DNA of 62,585 nt, filler included, from Sphacelaria rigidula (GCA_964200075.2; 9 parts of 9 records of this genome joined end to end with filler, not necessarily neighbours in it); one strand, 5' to 3'. Positions 1-12,069 are shown, numbered from the whole stretch's first letter. Notes: a model not told the origin generated them from the letters alone. Numbers and translations are program-made.

Positions 1-991
1 CCACTGTTTCATGCATATGCAGGACACGTCATTCCTAACCAGCCTCGTTGGTCGTTCTGGAGGCCTAGTCCCAAAAGGTTCAAGCTTCGTTTGTTTTTTT
101 TAACTTATAATATGCTTGAAACACACATAAAGTTGCGATACATTTTCATGTGCCTCCTGCAGCCACTCTAGCAGCTGCCCGCAAGTGCTTCATGTGGCGT
201 GACTCGTCGCCAGACAGGCCGACAGGCTTCAGGCTCCGATACTTGAAACTTTGATGGTCGTGTTTCGTGTTCCTTTTTTGTCGCGGGTCTGATCAGAATT
301 TTTTCCCCTGTATGTTCTATATACGACGTACGATGTTTTCAAAAATGTGATCGTGACTTGTGCACTTGTACAGCGTACAGTATGCAGCTGTAGTACAGCA
401 GCAACAGCAGCAGTGAGGAGAGATAATAAGTAATATCAGCGGTGGAGGAATCGACAGTGTAGGTACATTGGCAGAGCCGAAAAAGATCGTGGTGACTGAG
501 GTGTGGAGTTCGAAACCTCTGCCGCGCGACGCTAAAAAATAAAATATCATGATAAAACAAAAAAATAATTTTTTGATAAAAAATCAACACCAAAACTTGG
601 AATGCCCGTGTCTTGTCCTCAAGGTAGAACGCGCGCCTCTTGAGGGGATACTGCCACAACGCCACCACAAGGGCGTGAATGAGGGGCATGAAGCACGCGT
701 ATATTGCGCTGAAAGAGCTTAATATGGGGCTCTCGAAAAAAAAACTTATGAAACTAAAAACTTGATTTTTAAGAAACAACGCGCATACGAAACTAAAGCC
801 TAGTTAGCTCAAAGTTGAGTGTACGAACCCCAGAGAGATTCCATTTTTTTTGTTGAGTTTTGTTTCACCGCTATCTGATTTCGGTCGAAAACGCGGGGTT
901 GTGAGCAGCCAAGGGACACTTGACAAGTGGAACAGGCGACTGCTGATACGCGGTACCAATATGTTAAGGAGGCCACGGGGAAAAGCGGCGA

Positions 992-2264
992 TTATGACAC
1001 TACCGACTCGTCCTGAGGAAGGGGAGGGGCTGGAAGCATGATGTAAAATAGCAAAAACTGTCGATAACTGCCTAAAATGTGCTGCTGTCTAGGCGGTGTC
1101 TTGACCTTTAACCGCCAGGGAGGGTCAAAGCACGTCGCCGATGCCGTGCTCCCGTACTGGCCACCTGCCTCCAATTCAGCATTCAACATGATGCACATAC
1201 AGTGTTTTACGAGCTCGAGTCGGTCGACCACAGATACATACGCCGGTGCACCATACCGGCTGCGCGAACCGAAGTCTATATTCTGGAACCCACCCATTTT
1301 CGTAATAGCGATGACCACGTCCGGTGTTACGAGTAGCGCATCTCGCACGTTACCCTGCAGCTCATTCTTGATGGGGTGTTGCGTTCTCCTGCGTAACATC
1401 CACATTACTCGTGCTTGGTTTGTCTCCCAGGCCTCAGCCCTACTTTTCATGGTTCGGACAAATCATCGCCGGTTCGAAGCACCAACTCAACGATTTTTCA
1501 GGTCTGATTGCTCGAAAGAACCAAAAAAGTTGATCGCTGGTCAAACAGGTTTCCACACAATTTTTGCGCCATTCCACGTGCCTGGGCTGCCCATACCTGG
1601 CATGCAACGCTGGAAACAAAGCCGAAGGATTGATTCGTACGGTACGAATAATCTACACCAAGATCAAGTGATTTCTAGACGAATCATTCATTCGTCCGAC
1701 CCTTGCTACTTGTATTATTGGCTTTCCTCTGCAGTTGGGCTTCCCCCACCATTTCACTGTTGAAAACCGGCTGTTGAAAAGTCGAGTAAATATAATCTAG
1801 CACCAGCATCGATGATGTAGCCGCATTTACGGAGTATGTCGGCGGATATTTTTCCCCCGCTCCCGCGGCTCCCGCGGCTCCCGCGGCTCACGCGGCTCCC
1901 GCTGCCTCAGCATGCGGGTAGTATGATGGGTACGCCGTGGTGAATGTAGAAGGCATTGCAGCAGGTAGCGCCGAGAAACGTGCAGCACACCGGCTAGGTG
2001 GCTGCCAGGCGGCCGATGAAGATCGAATGCGGCATGATAACCCGTAGGTGTACCTCCCCGCGAATGGGCGGTGGAGTCTCGTGTATCACGCTTCAACTCC
2101 GCCAGCTTATGGAGAACCTTGGAAAACCCCTTGCGTTTTAGTCCGACGTGGGGGCACTTCCTTCCCGACAATGATTCAGCTCGCGCCGAAGTACCCCGAT
2201 TTCACGGCGAGCGGCCTCGTCATCAGACAATTCGTTTTCGTATTAGACGTCATCGTGGCCCCCT

Positions 2265-2300
<36 letters not shown>

Positions 2301-2440
2301 CCCAAGGCGGCAGACTCGCCAGCAGGTGCATCAACGTGATTCATAAACACGAAACGATGCGGATCCTCAGGGTACAAAAGTACGATACTCCGGCCGTGCA
2401 GCCGTTCCACAATTGTACTGCTTGCACTCACACAGGAAAC
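992..2440 (-). pseudogene. Decayed long ORF interrupted by a hAT-like MITE
   Basis: A protein-like frame (..DDEAARREIGVLRRELNHCREE..; ..PSYYPHAEAAGAA*AAGAAG..EKYPPTYSVNAATSSMLVLDYIYSTFQQPVFNSEMVGEAQLQRKANNTSR|AEAWETNQARVMWMLRRRTQHPIKNELQGNVRDALL..) reads through once the 1448-1705 MITE and one TSD are removed. Scattered stops and apparent frameshifts. A possible further exon lies near 597-708. Confidence 0.55.
1448..1705. mobile_element. hAT-like MITE (258 bp), family copy 1
   Basis: Imperfect TIRs CATGGTTCGGACAAATCA / rc CAAGGGTCGGACGAATGA. 8-bp TSD ctactttt (1440-1447) / ctacttgt (1706-1713). A homologous inverted copy lies at 57202-57460. Confidence 0.85.
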
Positions 2441-2875
2441 TGACTGGCTGTTCAGACCGCCGTTCCGCACGTATGCTAGTGCCTATGCCTACCGACAATC
2501 GCTTCGATATTTGGTATTACCGGCAAAGGCATTCCGAGCACTGAGCGTTTCAGATCCTGTTCAGGATTCATCTCAAACAAATGGTGGCTCATATGTGAAT
2601 GCAATTTGATTCAACTGGGTAATACGAAATCCTGAAGCTGCCACCAAACACGTTGTCCCTCGATTGAGAGCCTTACGCCTTGGCCTTTGGCCGCCATGGT
2701 GGATCTCTTGTTTCCTGATATTTATCAAGTAAAAATGGTGTCTATCCAACGGATAACCACCCCTAGGGGTCAAAGCGCTCACGGAAGTTTGGAACACGAC
2801 TTTCTGTCTCACACAAACAAAATAAAGTGGCTCGTGGATCTGTGATAAATGGGCCCCGATTTTTGTCGTACACTA

Positions 2876-3973
2876 CGAGCTGGGCCAGCAGCAGTACATC
2901 CCGCATTTGCATGTCAACCATAACTCGTCAAGTTCACCAAATCAGCCCCACTTGAGCGTATCACTGTGAACTGCAGACCAACCTGGTAATGCAAGGCACC
3001 GCCGCTGGTCGATTGGCGAAGTTTTGGCGACGGTGTTACTGTACTGCGTTGAGTTCCGGGAACGTCTCGTGTTGTTGCGTGACAGCGTGTCTAGAGACGT
3101 TTCGTTTCTCGACATGCGGTGGAATCACGGTAGGGAATTGCGCCGCACAGGCACGAGAAGACTCGACATGCGCAAGCGAATGCACACTGGTAGTGCTGCA
3201 AGATGGCATCAAGGTCGTCAACAGCTCCATTATGGGAGAGAACCTCCCAGCCGACGGTCATTTACCACCGTTAGAGGGAGAAGTACTAGCTCAAACCGCG
3301 CTATACACCGCCCAAAAGCAAGACCGTCACCAGAATGTCGAGACCCTTCGCAACTCGGGAGGAAGCAGAATCAGAGGCACGGGTGGAGGTTGAGCTTTGA
3401 AGCCAGGGCGGAGGTGGCGATCACTGAGCGAGCAGTCCTGCAACCGCTACAACCCAACTCGATGTCGTCGTGTAGCAACAGATTTGGTGATTCGAACCGG
3501 CGATGATTCGTGCGACCCGTGGAATGATGCTCAACCCCCCCCCCTCCCCCCCCCCCCAGATAATGCGCAAAAAAATGGTCGTGTCGGGATTCGTACTCGT
3601 GACCTCTGTAATAGGAGGCGGTTCTACCAGTTTGACCACCGGGGCACAGTCGTGCCACACGAAAAGTTGGATGCTGCGCCAAATTCCTGGAACTTTTGGC
3701 CGACATTGCACCAGGGTCTCCTTCACGCAAGGACGCACAACTGTCCCGGGGATGCCTTCGTTTTTGTTTTCACAGATTCATGGCATTTTTCTCGTTTTTG
3801 CAAAAACTTCAAATTGCTCTAACTTCCCCCCCTTTTTTTTTCTCGGCATCCCCGGGAAGGTTGTGCGTAGTAATGATAGAAATGTGACGTCAACATTTCA
3901 GCGCCTAATTCTTCGAATTACCAACCGCATCACCAGTTTACATTAAAAAATCACTGTCAGCTGGCCTAGCTCG
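2876..3973. mobile_element. ~1.1-kb Tc1/mariner-type non-autonomous element, copy 1 (contains tRNA-like segment)
   Basis: TA|CGAGCTGGGCCAGCAG...CAGCTGGCCTAGCTCG (14/16 TIR). Internal homology to 7772-8841 (2955-3180 vs 7845-8070; 3577-3660 vs 8477-8560). Confidence 0.75.
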
Positions 3974-5644
3974 GAGTCGTTTTTGGCGATGGAGATGTGG
4001 TGCACACAGCACTGATGTGACAATGCGCACATGAATATGCAGCCCTTGATTGACTGAGCACGATATCTTTTTCGGGGTTGGATTCAGTGTGCACTGAGTG
4101 AACACCGATGTTTCCAGTGGACACGATTCAGTCAAAACACTTCAAAGGAGACGCAAATGCGCCCGTTACAACTTGAATTCCGCGCGTCTTGGTGTATTGC
4201 CCATCCCCTGTAGAAGCGATCCCCGTAAACTAGAGCTTGTTGTATGATTGATTGATTGATTGATTGTCGCACTTAAACTGATCCTCCAGGGGTCCAGCCG
4301 TGGTCGCATGATGGATATACCCGATAATAACAAAAGTGTGTGTAGGTGAGAATGGGCTGGCGTTGGATGAAGTGTACTTGCGCTTGACGAACCGACTGGG
4401 ATTTGGATTAGGAGTCATTTTCCGACAATTTGCGTGAAGGCACGGTCTAAGGCATAGTACAGTACTGCAGTGCTGTATTCACCGTAAGCCTGCTACCTCA
4501 ACGTAACCTGTCGTGCACACATACTTCGTACAAGTACACCGCTGTACCGCGGGCCAGAGAGTTGTAATTCATGCAGAGACGAATGAGCATAAGAGAACGC
4601 CAGCGTGTCACGACCGAGCAGACAGTAGAGTGCCGCTGTAGATCATGCCGTGAACAGCAGGAGCAGCATACAAATCCACGCACACCGTCGGCACACGTCA
4701 AGATCCAACCGGTCACGAATATTGAGAAACCTGGTGCTCCTGCCTACATGGCACTTGTGACAAGCAGGGCCCTGTTAGCGACAAGAAAATGTATCTGATA
4801 TGCTCTGCGTGTCTCCCGAACAAGCCGCGAGCTCGCACCCCCCCAGGCGCTGCCGGCAAGCCAAACAGCGTTTGAGGTGCAGCTCAATTTGACGCACACT
4901 GTGGACGACCAAGCACATCGTGCGTTAGCCTGCAGAGATCTGCGAATAAATATGTGGTGTTGCTCGCCACTAACAGAGCTTCCTAACTCCTTCCAGACCT
5001 TAGCCGTGGACATGCACAATCGCCCATGTCACAAAACGGCCCTTGGTGTTGGTGGGGTGACCTTCGCTGTCGGAAAACAGGCGATATACACCTCGATGAA
5101 AACCAGTGCAGTCTGACAACACGGTTTAGAATCTCAACCATAATCCATATGTGGAGAAAAATGGCACGTTGTAGGAGTCAGCCGGTCCTTTCTTGACCCT
5201 GTTGAGTTAAAGAGCGAGACATACATGGTGCTTGCAATAGTTCCATTGCAGTGCGTTATTGACGACTGTAGAGTTGAATGGTAAGAGGCATGTATTAAGG
5301 TCTGAAGATCTCCTCGATGCTATCGCGGTCGCCGTCGTGCGTAATTTTTGCATGGGTTCTTCTCCGGCGCTCTAGTTGGGGTCATCGACAGGGACAGCAA
5401 AAGCGGTTAGAATCACCCCAGACAGACACAAGATAACATCTGTACTCTACCCAAAAGCCACTCACTTTAGCGTCAAACAGCCAATTTGTCCAGTGGCAGC
5501 ATTCTCGTAGTCTGCGTACTGCATCATCGCATGGGCGTATTTTGCCGAAATACGGTACCTTCGCCGAAGATGGTGCAAGGTGGAGTTTTTCAACCGCCCA
5601 CCCGACGTTTACCTCAAACCGTCCGTGCACCCATATACACACAG

Positions 5645-6329
5645 GAGAACTACGGCTTCCTCCTAGACCCGTTGTGTCCTGAGGCCGAGGGCTGTGCGCA
5701 CGACACGAACGGAGGCTACGAGGTGGTCATGCCAGAGCCGTTGTCAGGGGTTTCGAGCAACGGCTACAGGGTACGAATTACGAAAGTTGGGGACCAGGCC
5801 AGGGTTCGATGCTCCGATGGCTTCTACCTAATGCCATGTGCAGACGTCGGGGAGCTTGGCAAAGCAGGGGGGGCGTCGATCGAGATTCTTTCTCCTACGG
5901 TGGACGACGTGGCGGTTTCTGGGGAGGAGTACACGATCCAGGTACGATCACTCCTGAGGCTAGACCATTCTAGCACGCCACGAGACAGCGGGCATACTGC
6001 GTCCACACTCTTTATTTTTCTTCTCTTTCAGATGTTTTTGCCCTGTGTTTTGTCGACCGTTCTTGAGTATACTCTGTTGTCTTCCATCTTTACTTCCCCT
6101 TAGCAGGCTGCTTCAATGCCCTCGTGTTTCTTACTTCCTCCGCCGATATCTCGCTCGCTTGCTTTTCGCCTGAATCAGTTCGACTACTCCAATGGACTCG
6201 GAAGCGAGACGGGACGCTTCAAGATCGATCTCTACTTTCAAGCATCTGCAGAGAGCCCCTTGCAGGGCGACTGCGGTCAGTGGGTCGGCTCTATCTGCGA
6301 CAGGCCCGGCATCGGCTTCAGAGACACCC
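5645..6329 (+). CDS. Two exons of a Cys-containing extracellular beta-sandwich repeat protein (Kre9/Ser-Thr-rich GPI-anchored-like domain)
   Basis: Exons 5645-5941 (cag|GAG...CAG|gtacga, 99 codons: ...GGYEVVMPEP...GYRVRITK...RCSDGFYL...SIEILSPTVDDVAVSGEEYTIQ) and 6179-6329 (FDYSNGLGSETGRFKIDLY...DCGQWVGSICDRPGIG, donor gtgggt) join in frame. The pattern I.SP.....G..YTI.....F.IDLY is typical of this fold (recalled, not searched). Confidence 0.7.
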
Positions 6330-6767
6330 GTGGGTACCTCCAAGTCGTACTGCACCAGTTTGTCTGTGAATGGCGTTGGAAACATCCCGGATTTTCCCAC
6401 TTTTTTGCCTAGCTGCTGTAATCTCATGACATTGAGTGGTGAAATGTGGGGAGGAATTGTGACAATAGACTGCGTCCATACGACCATGTTCCAAGCACCT
6501 CTTACATGTGACGAAAGTTTCTCTGCACATCTGTGATTTCCGAGCTTGGTGAAAGTCCCGCGGTTTTGTTGACTTGTTGTGCTGCCTTGGACCCGACCCT
6601 CTTGCTCCCCGGGTGTGGAGCAGTACGGCTTACAGGGGACTGAGGTAGAGGCGAGGAAAGGGGCGAAGGGGTGCCCACGATAGCAACAGGCTCGACGGTA
6701 TCTGTACTGGCACATTCTGCCCTTGTACGCTAATTGCTTCGGACTTTTTGTATGTAACCCCTCGCTC

Positions 6768-6807
<40 letters not shown>

Positions 6808-6865
6808 CCCCATTTTTCCTTCATAGGGAAAATAAAACATTAGATTGATAACCGAAATCACCGAG

Positions 6866-6965
6866 NNNNNNNNNNNNNNNNNNNNNNNNNNNNNNNNNNN
6901 NNNNNNNNNTTAATTAATTAANNNNNNNNNNNNNNNNNNNNNNNNNNNNNNNNNNNNNNNNNNNN
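6866..6965. other. Artificial contig-joining linker (first of 8)
   Basis: N44-TTAATTAATTAA-N44 (stops in all six frames). It recurs at 13831-13930, 20796-20895, 27761-27860, 34726-34825, 41691-41790, 48656-48755 and 55621-55720, a period of 6965. 9x6865+8x100=62585. Confidence 0.99.
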
Positions 6966-7532
6966 CCGCGGGCGGGTGTGTTCCGTCGAAGAGAACAAAA
7001 GGGTTCTCTTTTTCGTTGAAAAGGTTCTCTTTTCGTTTGACAGAAAAAAAAAAGAGAAAAAAAGAAAAGGAGAGACAGAGAATCGAACCCTCGACCTCCC
7101 ACCTGCCTGGAGTTTATATGCAGCCCTCTCAGCTACCCTGCATTGAAAGTATACGGGAATTGATTTTACATTCCCGTACAGTATTGGGAATTGAATTTGT
7201 GCACGGTATTTGTATGGGTGGGAACCAAAAGCCACGGGAATTCGACTTTTTCCACGGTATTTGGTTGGGTGGGAACAACGGGATATGATCTCCGTGGTAA
7301 CGGTTTGGATGGGAATGGGAATTGCGATTTATCACGGGAACGATCCCATTTCCCATTCCCGTGGAAATACCGCGGTATTTTTCCCGCGGGAATATTCCCG
7401 AGAGGAGCCTTGGTTATTTGCTACTGCTGCTGCTACTGTCAGGGTTGCCTATTTTTGCCTTGAGCGTTGCGTCTTCCCCACCTCTGACTCTTGCTTCTTC
7501 TTTTTTGACTGTTGCCACTGCTGCATGGGTAG

Positions 7533-10500
7533 GAAAGCCACCGAGCAGCTAAAGGTTCCCTTCGACAAGGAGCAGGACGGTGGCCCAAGCGTGGCGGCGC
7601 GTATCTTTGCCATCACCGACAGCATCCCCGGCAAGAGCGTGGGGGAGGCCGTCCAGACCATCACCACCGAGGAGTTGAAGTCGGAGGTTGAGGTGAGAGA
7701 CCGCCGCTGTCATTTTGTCTTGGCATAGTCTAGACAAGGTATATCTTCGTGTTTCTCGTTCCGAAAAGGGACGAGCTGGGCCGGCCATAAACCCAGTATT
7801 CTCTGTCGTCACCACAACTCTTCAAGTTTCCCAAATCAGCACGACCTGAGCATATCGCTGTGAACTGCAGTTTAGCCTGGTAACATAGGCACCGCCGCTT
7901 CTCGACTGGTGCACTTTTGGCGATGATGTTATCGTACTGCATTGAGTACCGGGTACGTCCCAATTCTTTGTGCCATAGCGTGTCTGGAGACGTTTCGTTT
8001 CACAAAATGCGGTTGAATTACGATAGACCGTTGCGCCGCACAGGCACGCGAACACCCGATATGTGCAGGCGAAAGCAGTCGAGGAGTTCTGCAACCTCTA
8101 CAACACAACTCGATGTCGCTGTCTAACAGCACAAAAGCTGCGCGACCACTCCCGAAAGGCAGGTTCAACACAGCGATGAAAGCTGCAGTCGTGTTGAAAC
8201 GAGTGTACAGTGTTTTCCCGAAATCACAGAAGCCACGTTTGCCGAGCGAAATCGCACCTGTCTCCGCCCCGTTTCATGCTCCTACAAAAGACATGACCAC
8301 ACTCTGCGATAAGAGGTTATTGGTCGTGCTTGACAGGAGAACTGGTCGAAGCAAAAGCGCCATGCAGCTCCTCCAGCGCGTGCACGGCTGTATCGTAGGA
8401 CGCGGGTACCGCAACTGATGATACGGGCATGGCATCATCCATGTGGTCATGCCCGTTAAAAATTAAAAACAGAAGTGGTCATGCCGGGATTCGAACTCAT
8501 GACCTGTGTGTTTTGAGGCTGTTGTATCAGTTTGACCACCGGGGTCACACAAAAAGTCCGACGCGAACCCCAATTTTACGTATTTTTGGCTGAAACTTTG
8601 TAAGGATGTGGGTGATGCGAGTGCTCGTATGTACCCGAGCGTTGTCATCGTTTTAAACATTTTTTTGAGGAAGTTATAGCATGTTTCCTGATTTTGGTGA
8701 AACTTCAACTCGCTTCAACTTCTCGTTTTTTCTTTTTCTTCTTCTGCACCACTCGGAGTGTTGCGCGGATCGATGATGAAAGTGTTGTGGCAAAAATTCA
8801 GCACTCTTCCTTTGAAAATCACTAATGGCCGGCCCAGCTCGTACTCGTTTGAACTGTATGCGCGAATTTGCAAATACGCGCCACAAGCACCGTTTTTTCG
8901 CTCAGAATCCTTGAGGCACATCAGTTGAGGTCATCATGTAAGTACTGCACACGTGCCTAAAAAAACAGAACGACTTGAAAAAAAAAACGTGTCGCTTCGT
9001 ACGACCATGCACAAAAGAGCCCTCGTCGATCGAAACCCGTGTTACCTTAGGTAGGCCAGATTTCGACGGGTACATCTTATGAAGTCATTATTTTCCCTAA
9101 ATTGCTGCTGCGACCCGGTGTTGTGATGGTCCGACTATTGCCATTAGGGCGGAAAGAACGGGGGTTTGATTCCTGATGCGTTGGGTTTTTTCTTCGTACT
9201 GTATGATTTCCACCGTGGAAAGTGTGAGAACGTGAGTAAATAAAGTAGTCGACTGGATTTGTGTGACACGTGAGTTGACGCGGTGCGGGAGTGCTGACCC
9301 AATCCGCGAGACCAAAATGTAAGGCGCGTACTGAGGGAGAGATGGGTTGATCTCTTGAGACCCTTGAGACCACGGACTCATCCCGAGGAGGGGGAGGAGT
9401 TCAAAGTGCGAGAATAAGAAAATATATTTCTGGACTGCCCTGCCCCTGCCCAGCTTCTCTAAGCGGGTGCCAACTGCCTCCAGGAGTAAGTACCCTACGT
9501 CGTCGGCGCCCGCGCAACCGAAATCTCGAGCACCCGCAACCATGGCACCCGCAGAATAGATTAGATACCGACCGATTGGTCATTCGTCAAACACGGCGAC
9601 GAAACCCTGTGCGTGTCTTTTCAAGAATAGGATTCTCTTGATTCTATCCGCTCATGGCGCCGGCCAACTAGTAGACATTTTCGAGGAAAGTATCTGACGT
9701 TCTTGTGTTCTCGTTCCGCGGCCCTTCCCTCGATGAACGGATGGGTCGAGAGCATGTGCAGTTCTTCTCTCGTGTCAAGCGGACACACCATGGCAATGCC
9801 CGGCACCTCCCGTGCTGAGGTATCAGGCGTCGGGGATAATTTTCACCCAGGAGGGTTTGCACAAGTTCATCGTCGAACCACTATTTGTTGAAAAAACTTG
9901 ATGTTATTGTAGTGCAGGGTCATCGGGATTAGATCTTTAAAGGTCTGACAGTCCGTCCTGCCGTGCGAGAACGCCTCTTTTGCTCTTGCCAACGCCACTT
10001 TGTCCAGGACACCACATACGCATCCCTTTCCCGAAGGTTCTCCGTTTAGGTTTGGGTTGGAGGTTGGGGTTAGGTTGGGGGTTGAGGGTTAGGGGTGAAG
10101 ATATCTTCAGGATGATGCACCAACCGTGGTTATTTTCGTGACGACCCGCCTGCCTCGTTTAACCGGCGTTTTCATGGTCAGTCACCGATATTGTTCCGAA
10201 AATTGCCTCGCACTCGTAGGGTGGACACCCATCTTGACGCCCGAGCATGCACCGAGCATTTATGCAAGCAAGCAGTAACCAGTCAAAACGAAGCAAACCT
10301 TCCATCTACTTTTGTGTGCATCATGTGCGTGCGTGTGTGTGTTTGTGTTTTGTCTTCTTTGTTTTTTCTTTTTCTCTCCGGACGGACGGACTCTTGCCGA
10401 AAGATATTTGCCGGTGCGGGGGCCGGGTCCGATAGGATGAGCAGCGACGGGCCGCCTTCGTTTCCTTCGTTCCGGAGCGTAATGACGACCACGTCCGATA

Positions 10501-10550
10501 TTTCGTCAGCTAGCGGCATGGAGACGAAGCTTCGAGTTGCCAAGACGCAG
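7533..10550 (+). CDS. Two internal exons of an unidentified gene
   Basis: GC-rich exon 7533-7692 (KATEQLKVPFDKEQDGGPSVAARIFAITDSIPGKSVGEAVQTITTEELKSEVE|gtgaga) and exon 10404-10550 (IFAGAGAG...SFPSFRSVMT...KTQ|gtgaat). Both have pyrimidine tracts plus AG and join in phase 0. Confidence 0.6.
7772..8841. mobile_element. ~1.07-kb Tc1/mariner-type non-autonomous element, copy 2 (intronic)
   Basis: Perfect 18-bp inverted repeat ACGAGCTGGGCCGGCCAT (7771-7788) / ATGGCCGGCCCAGCTCGT (8825-8842). The right end is followed by TA. Homologous to 2876-3973. Confidence 0.85.
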
Positions 10551-10569
10551 GTGAATGATGACACATGTC

Positions 10570-10572
<3 letters not shown>

Positions 10573-10627
<55 letters not shown>
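10573..10627. repeat. (CA)n microsatellite
   Basis: Direct reading, just downstream of the 10550 donor. Confidence 0.95.
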
Positions 10628-10628
<1 letters not shown>

Positions 10629-12069
10629 CTAATTTTGTAGCGCATCGAGTCCATCATTCTATGAGGTGAGATATATTACAGTAAAATCAGTCAGTTGTCT
10701 GGCACGTGAAAAAAATGTCCCCGTCGATGTGGTGAAAAAAAAAAAACTCTCACACTATGTATTTACTCCCCACGAGTAGCGTAGCGAATTCGAGTTCAAC
10801 GTTTTTGGGGGTGAGGTGTATTTGCAGTGGAGTCCGTTGCTTCTCCTTGGCATGTTGAAATGAACGTCTTCGTGGACTTGCTTGATTGGAGTCATGCCAC
10901 GAGAACTTCCCCCGCCCAGTAAAGTGGGTGGCTTGAGAAGGCAAAATTTGCATGCGAATCGACACGACTATCGCTGAGCACATCGAGCACCTGGAAACTT
11001 CCGCGCTTGGGATCTTTTTCGCCAATGTGGCCCGATGAAGCGCTTCATGCAGTCCAAAACCAGCTATCATGCGCTGTTTGATCATTGTCTTCGTGACAGT
11101 ATTCGGGGTGGTTTGGGGGGGGGGGGCGTACTCATTTGTTGCTTGAGTACGGCCCCCCCCCCCCCGCTGGTTTGGGGGCGGGGGCGGGGGCGGCGGTATC
11201 ACGGAATCGCCAGATGGTAATGATGACAAAAATAAGAGGAAGAAGTAGAAGTAGAAGAAGGACGTGTACAGTATTGAAAACCCCTCCGCGTTGTGCCGTG
11301 AGGTAGGATGGTTGTCACGATTCCTTGGTTGCGGCCCGCGCCAAAGACGCGTAACATGTGGGCCCGATCCTTTCATTGGCAGCTGAGTTGCTGCCTTGCG
11401 ATTATTTCTTGGTCACTTCGCCGCTTGTCATACTCCACAGTTTGTAAAATGTAAATAGAAGAAATGTGACTATGATCTTCGCATAACCTGACCCGCTTAC
11501 TAATAAAGCCGTGGACGTCAACCCGGACCGTCATCCCGGGCCTGTCATCCTGGGACCGTCATCCTCCAACCCCCAATCTGGGCTAGTCATATTTCTCACT
11601 TGGAAGCACCCCCTGTACCGGCGCCCCCACCTGACGCTCTGTTTCTCAAGCTCCGAGCCTTGCCTTGGAAATCCTGTCCGGTTCAAATCCACGTCGCGTC
11701 TCTACACGCTCTGTACCCTCTTTACCGAGTGAGAAGCTACGACCTACACACCGGCACTGTCCCGGGTTTCGATAAGCCACGCCTGCTGTACGAGTGTATG
11801 TGGGATTAGCATCACTTTCACTTGAAACATTGCTGCGTGACACAGATGACTCATGGTGTCGGCCGAAGGACAAATGACACTCTGAAGCACAGGACCGTAA
11901 AGTTGCACACCATAAGCCATGGTGTCTCATCGTGCGCTCTCACGCGGTCAGGTTTCCCTTCTCTCGCCACTCCCGCCAGTAAAACATGTAGTATCTTGGG
12001 TGTCGATCCATAGAGCGTGCCGGCGAAAGCCGCCGAGACTCTTGTTGTCAAATGTTGTACAAGTTACGT

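Noticed and set aside
1440..1713. hAT MITE acting as an introner (its TSD contains both GT and AG on the coding strand)
   Set aside because: Every GT/GC-AG combination using the TSD or TIR ends that I tested removes 1 or 4 extra nt and shifts the frame. The host ORF also has stops.
6910..6921. Regularly spaced TTAATTAATTAA units as a CRISPR-like or biological periodic repeat
   Set aside because: They sit inside N-runs at a fixed 6965-bp period and are a synthetic six-frame-stop linker.
9430..10015. Minus-strand segment with KWFDDELVQTLL resembling a Ulp1-like protease motif
   Set aside because: It has multiple stops and no recognisable His/Asp/Cys catalytic motifs, so support is insufficient.
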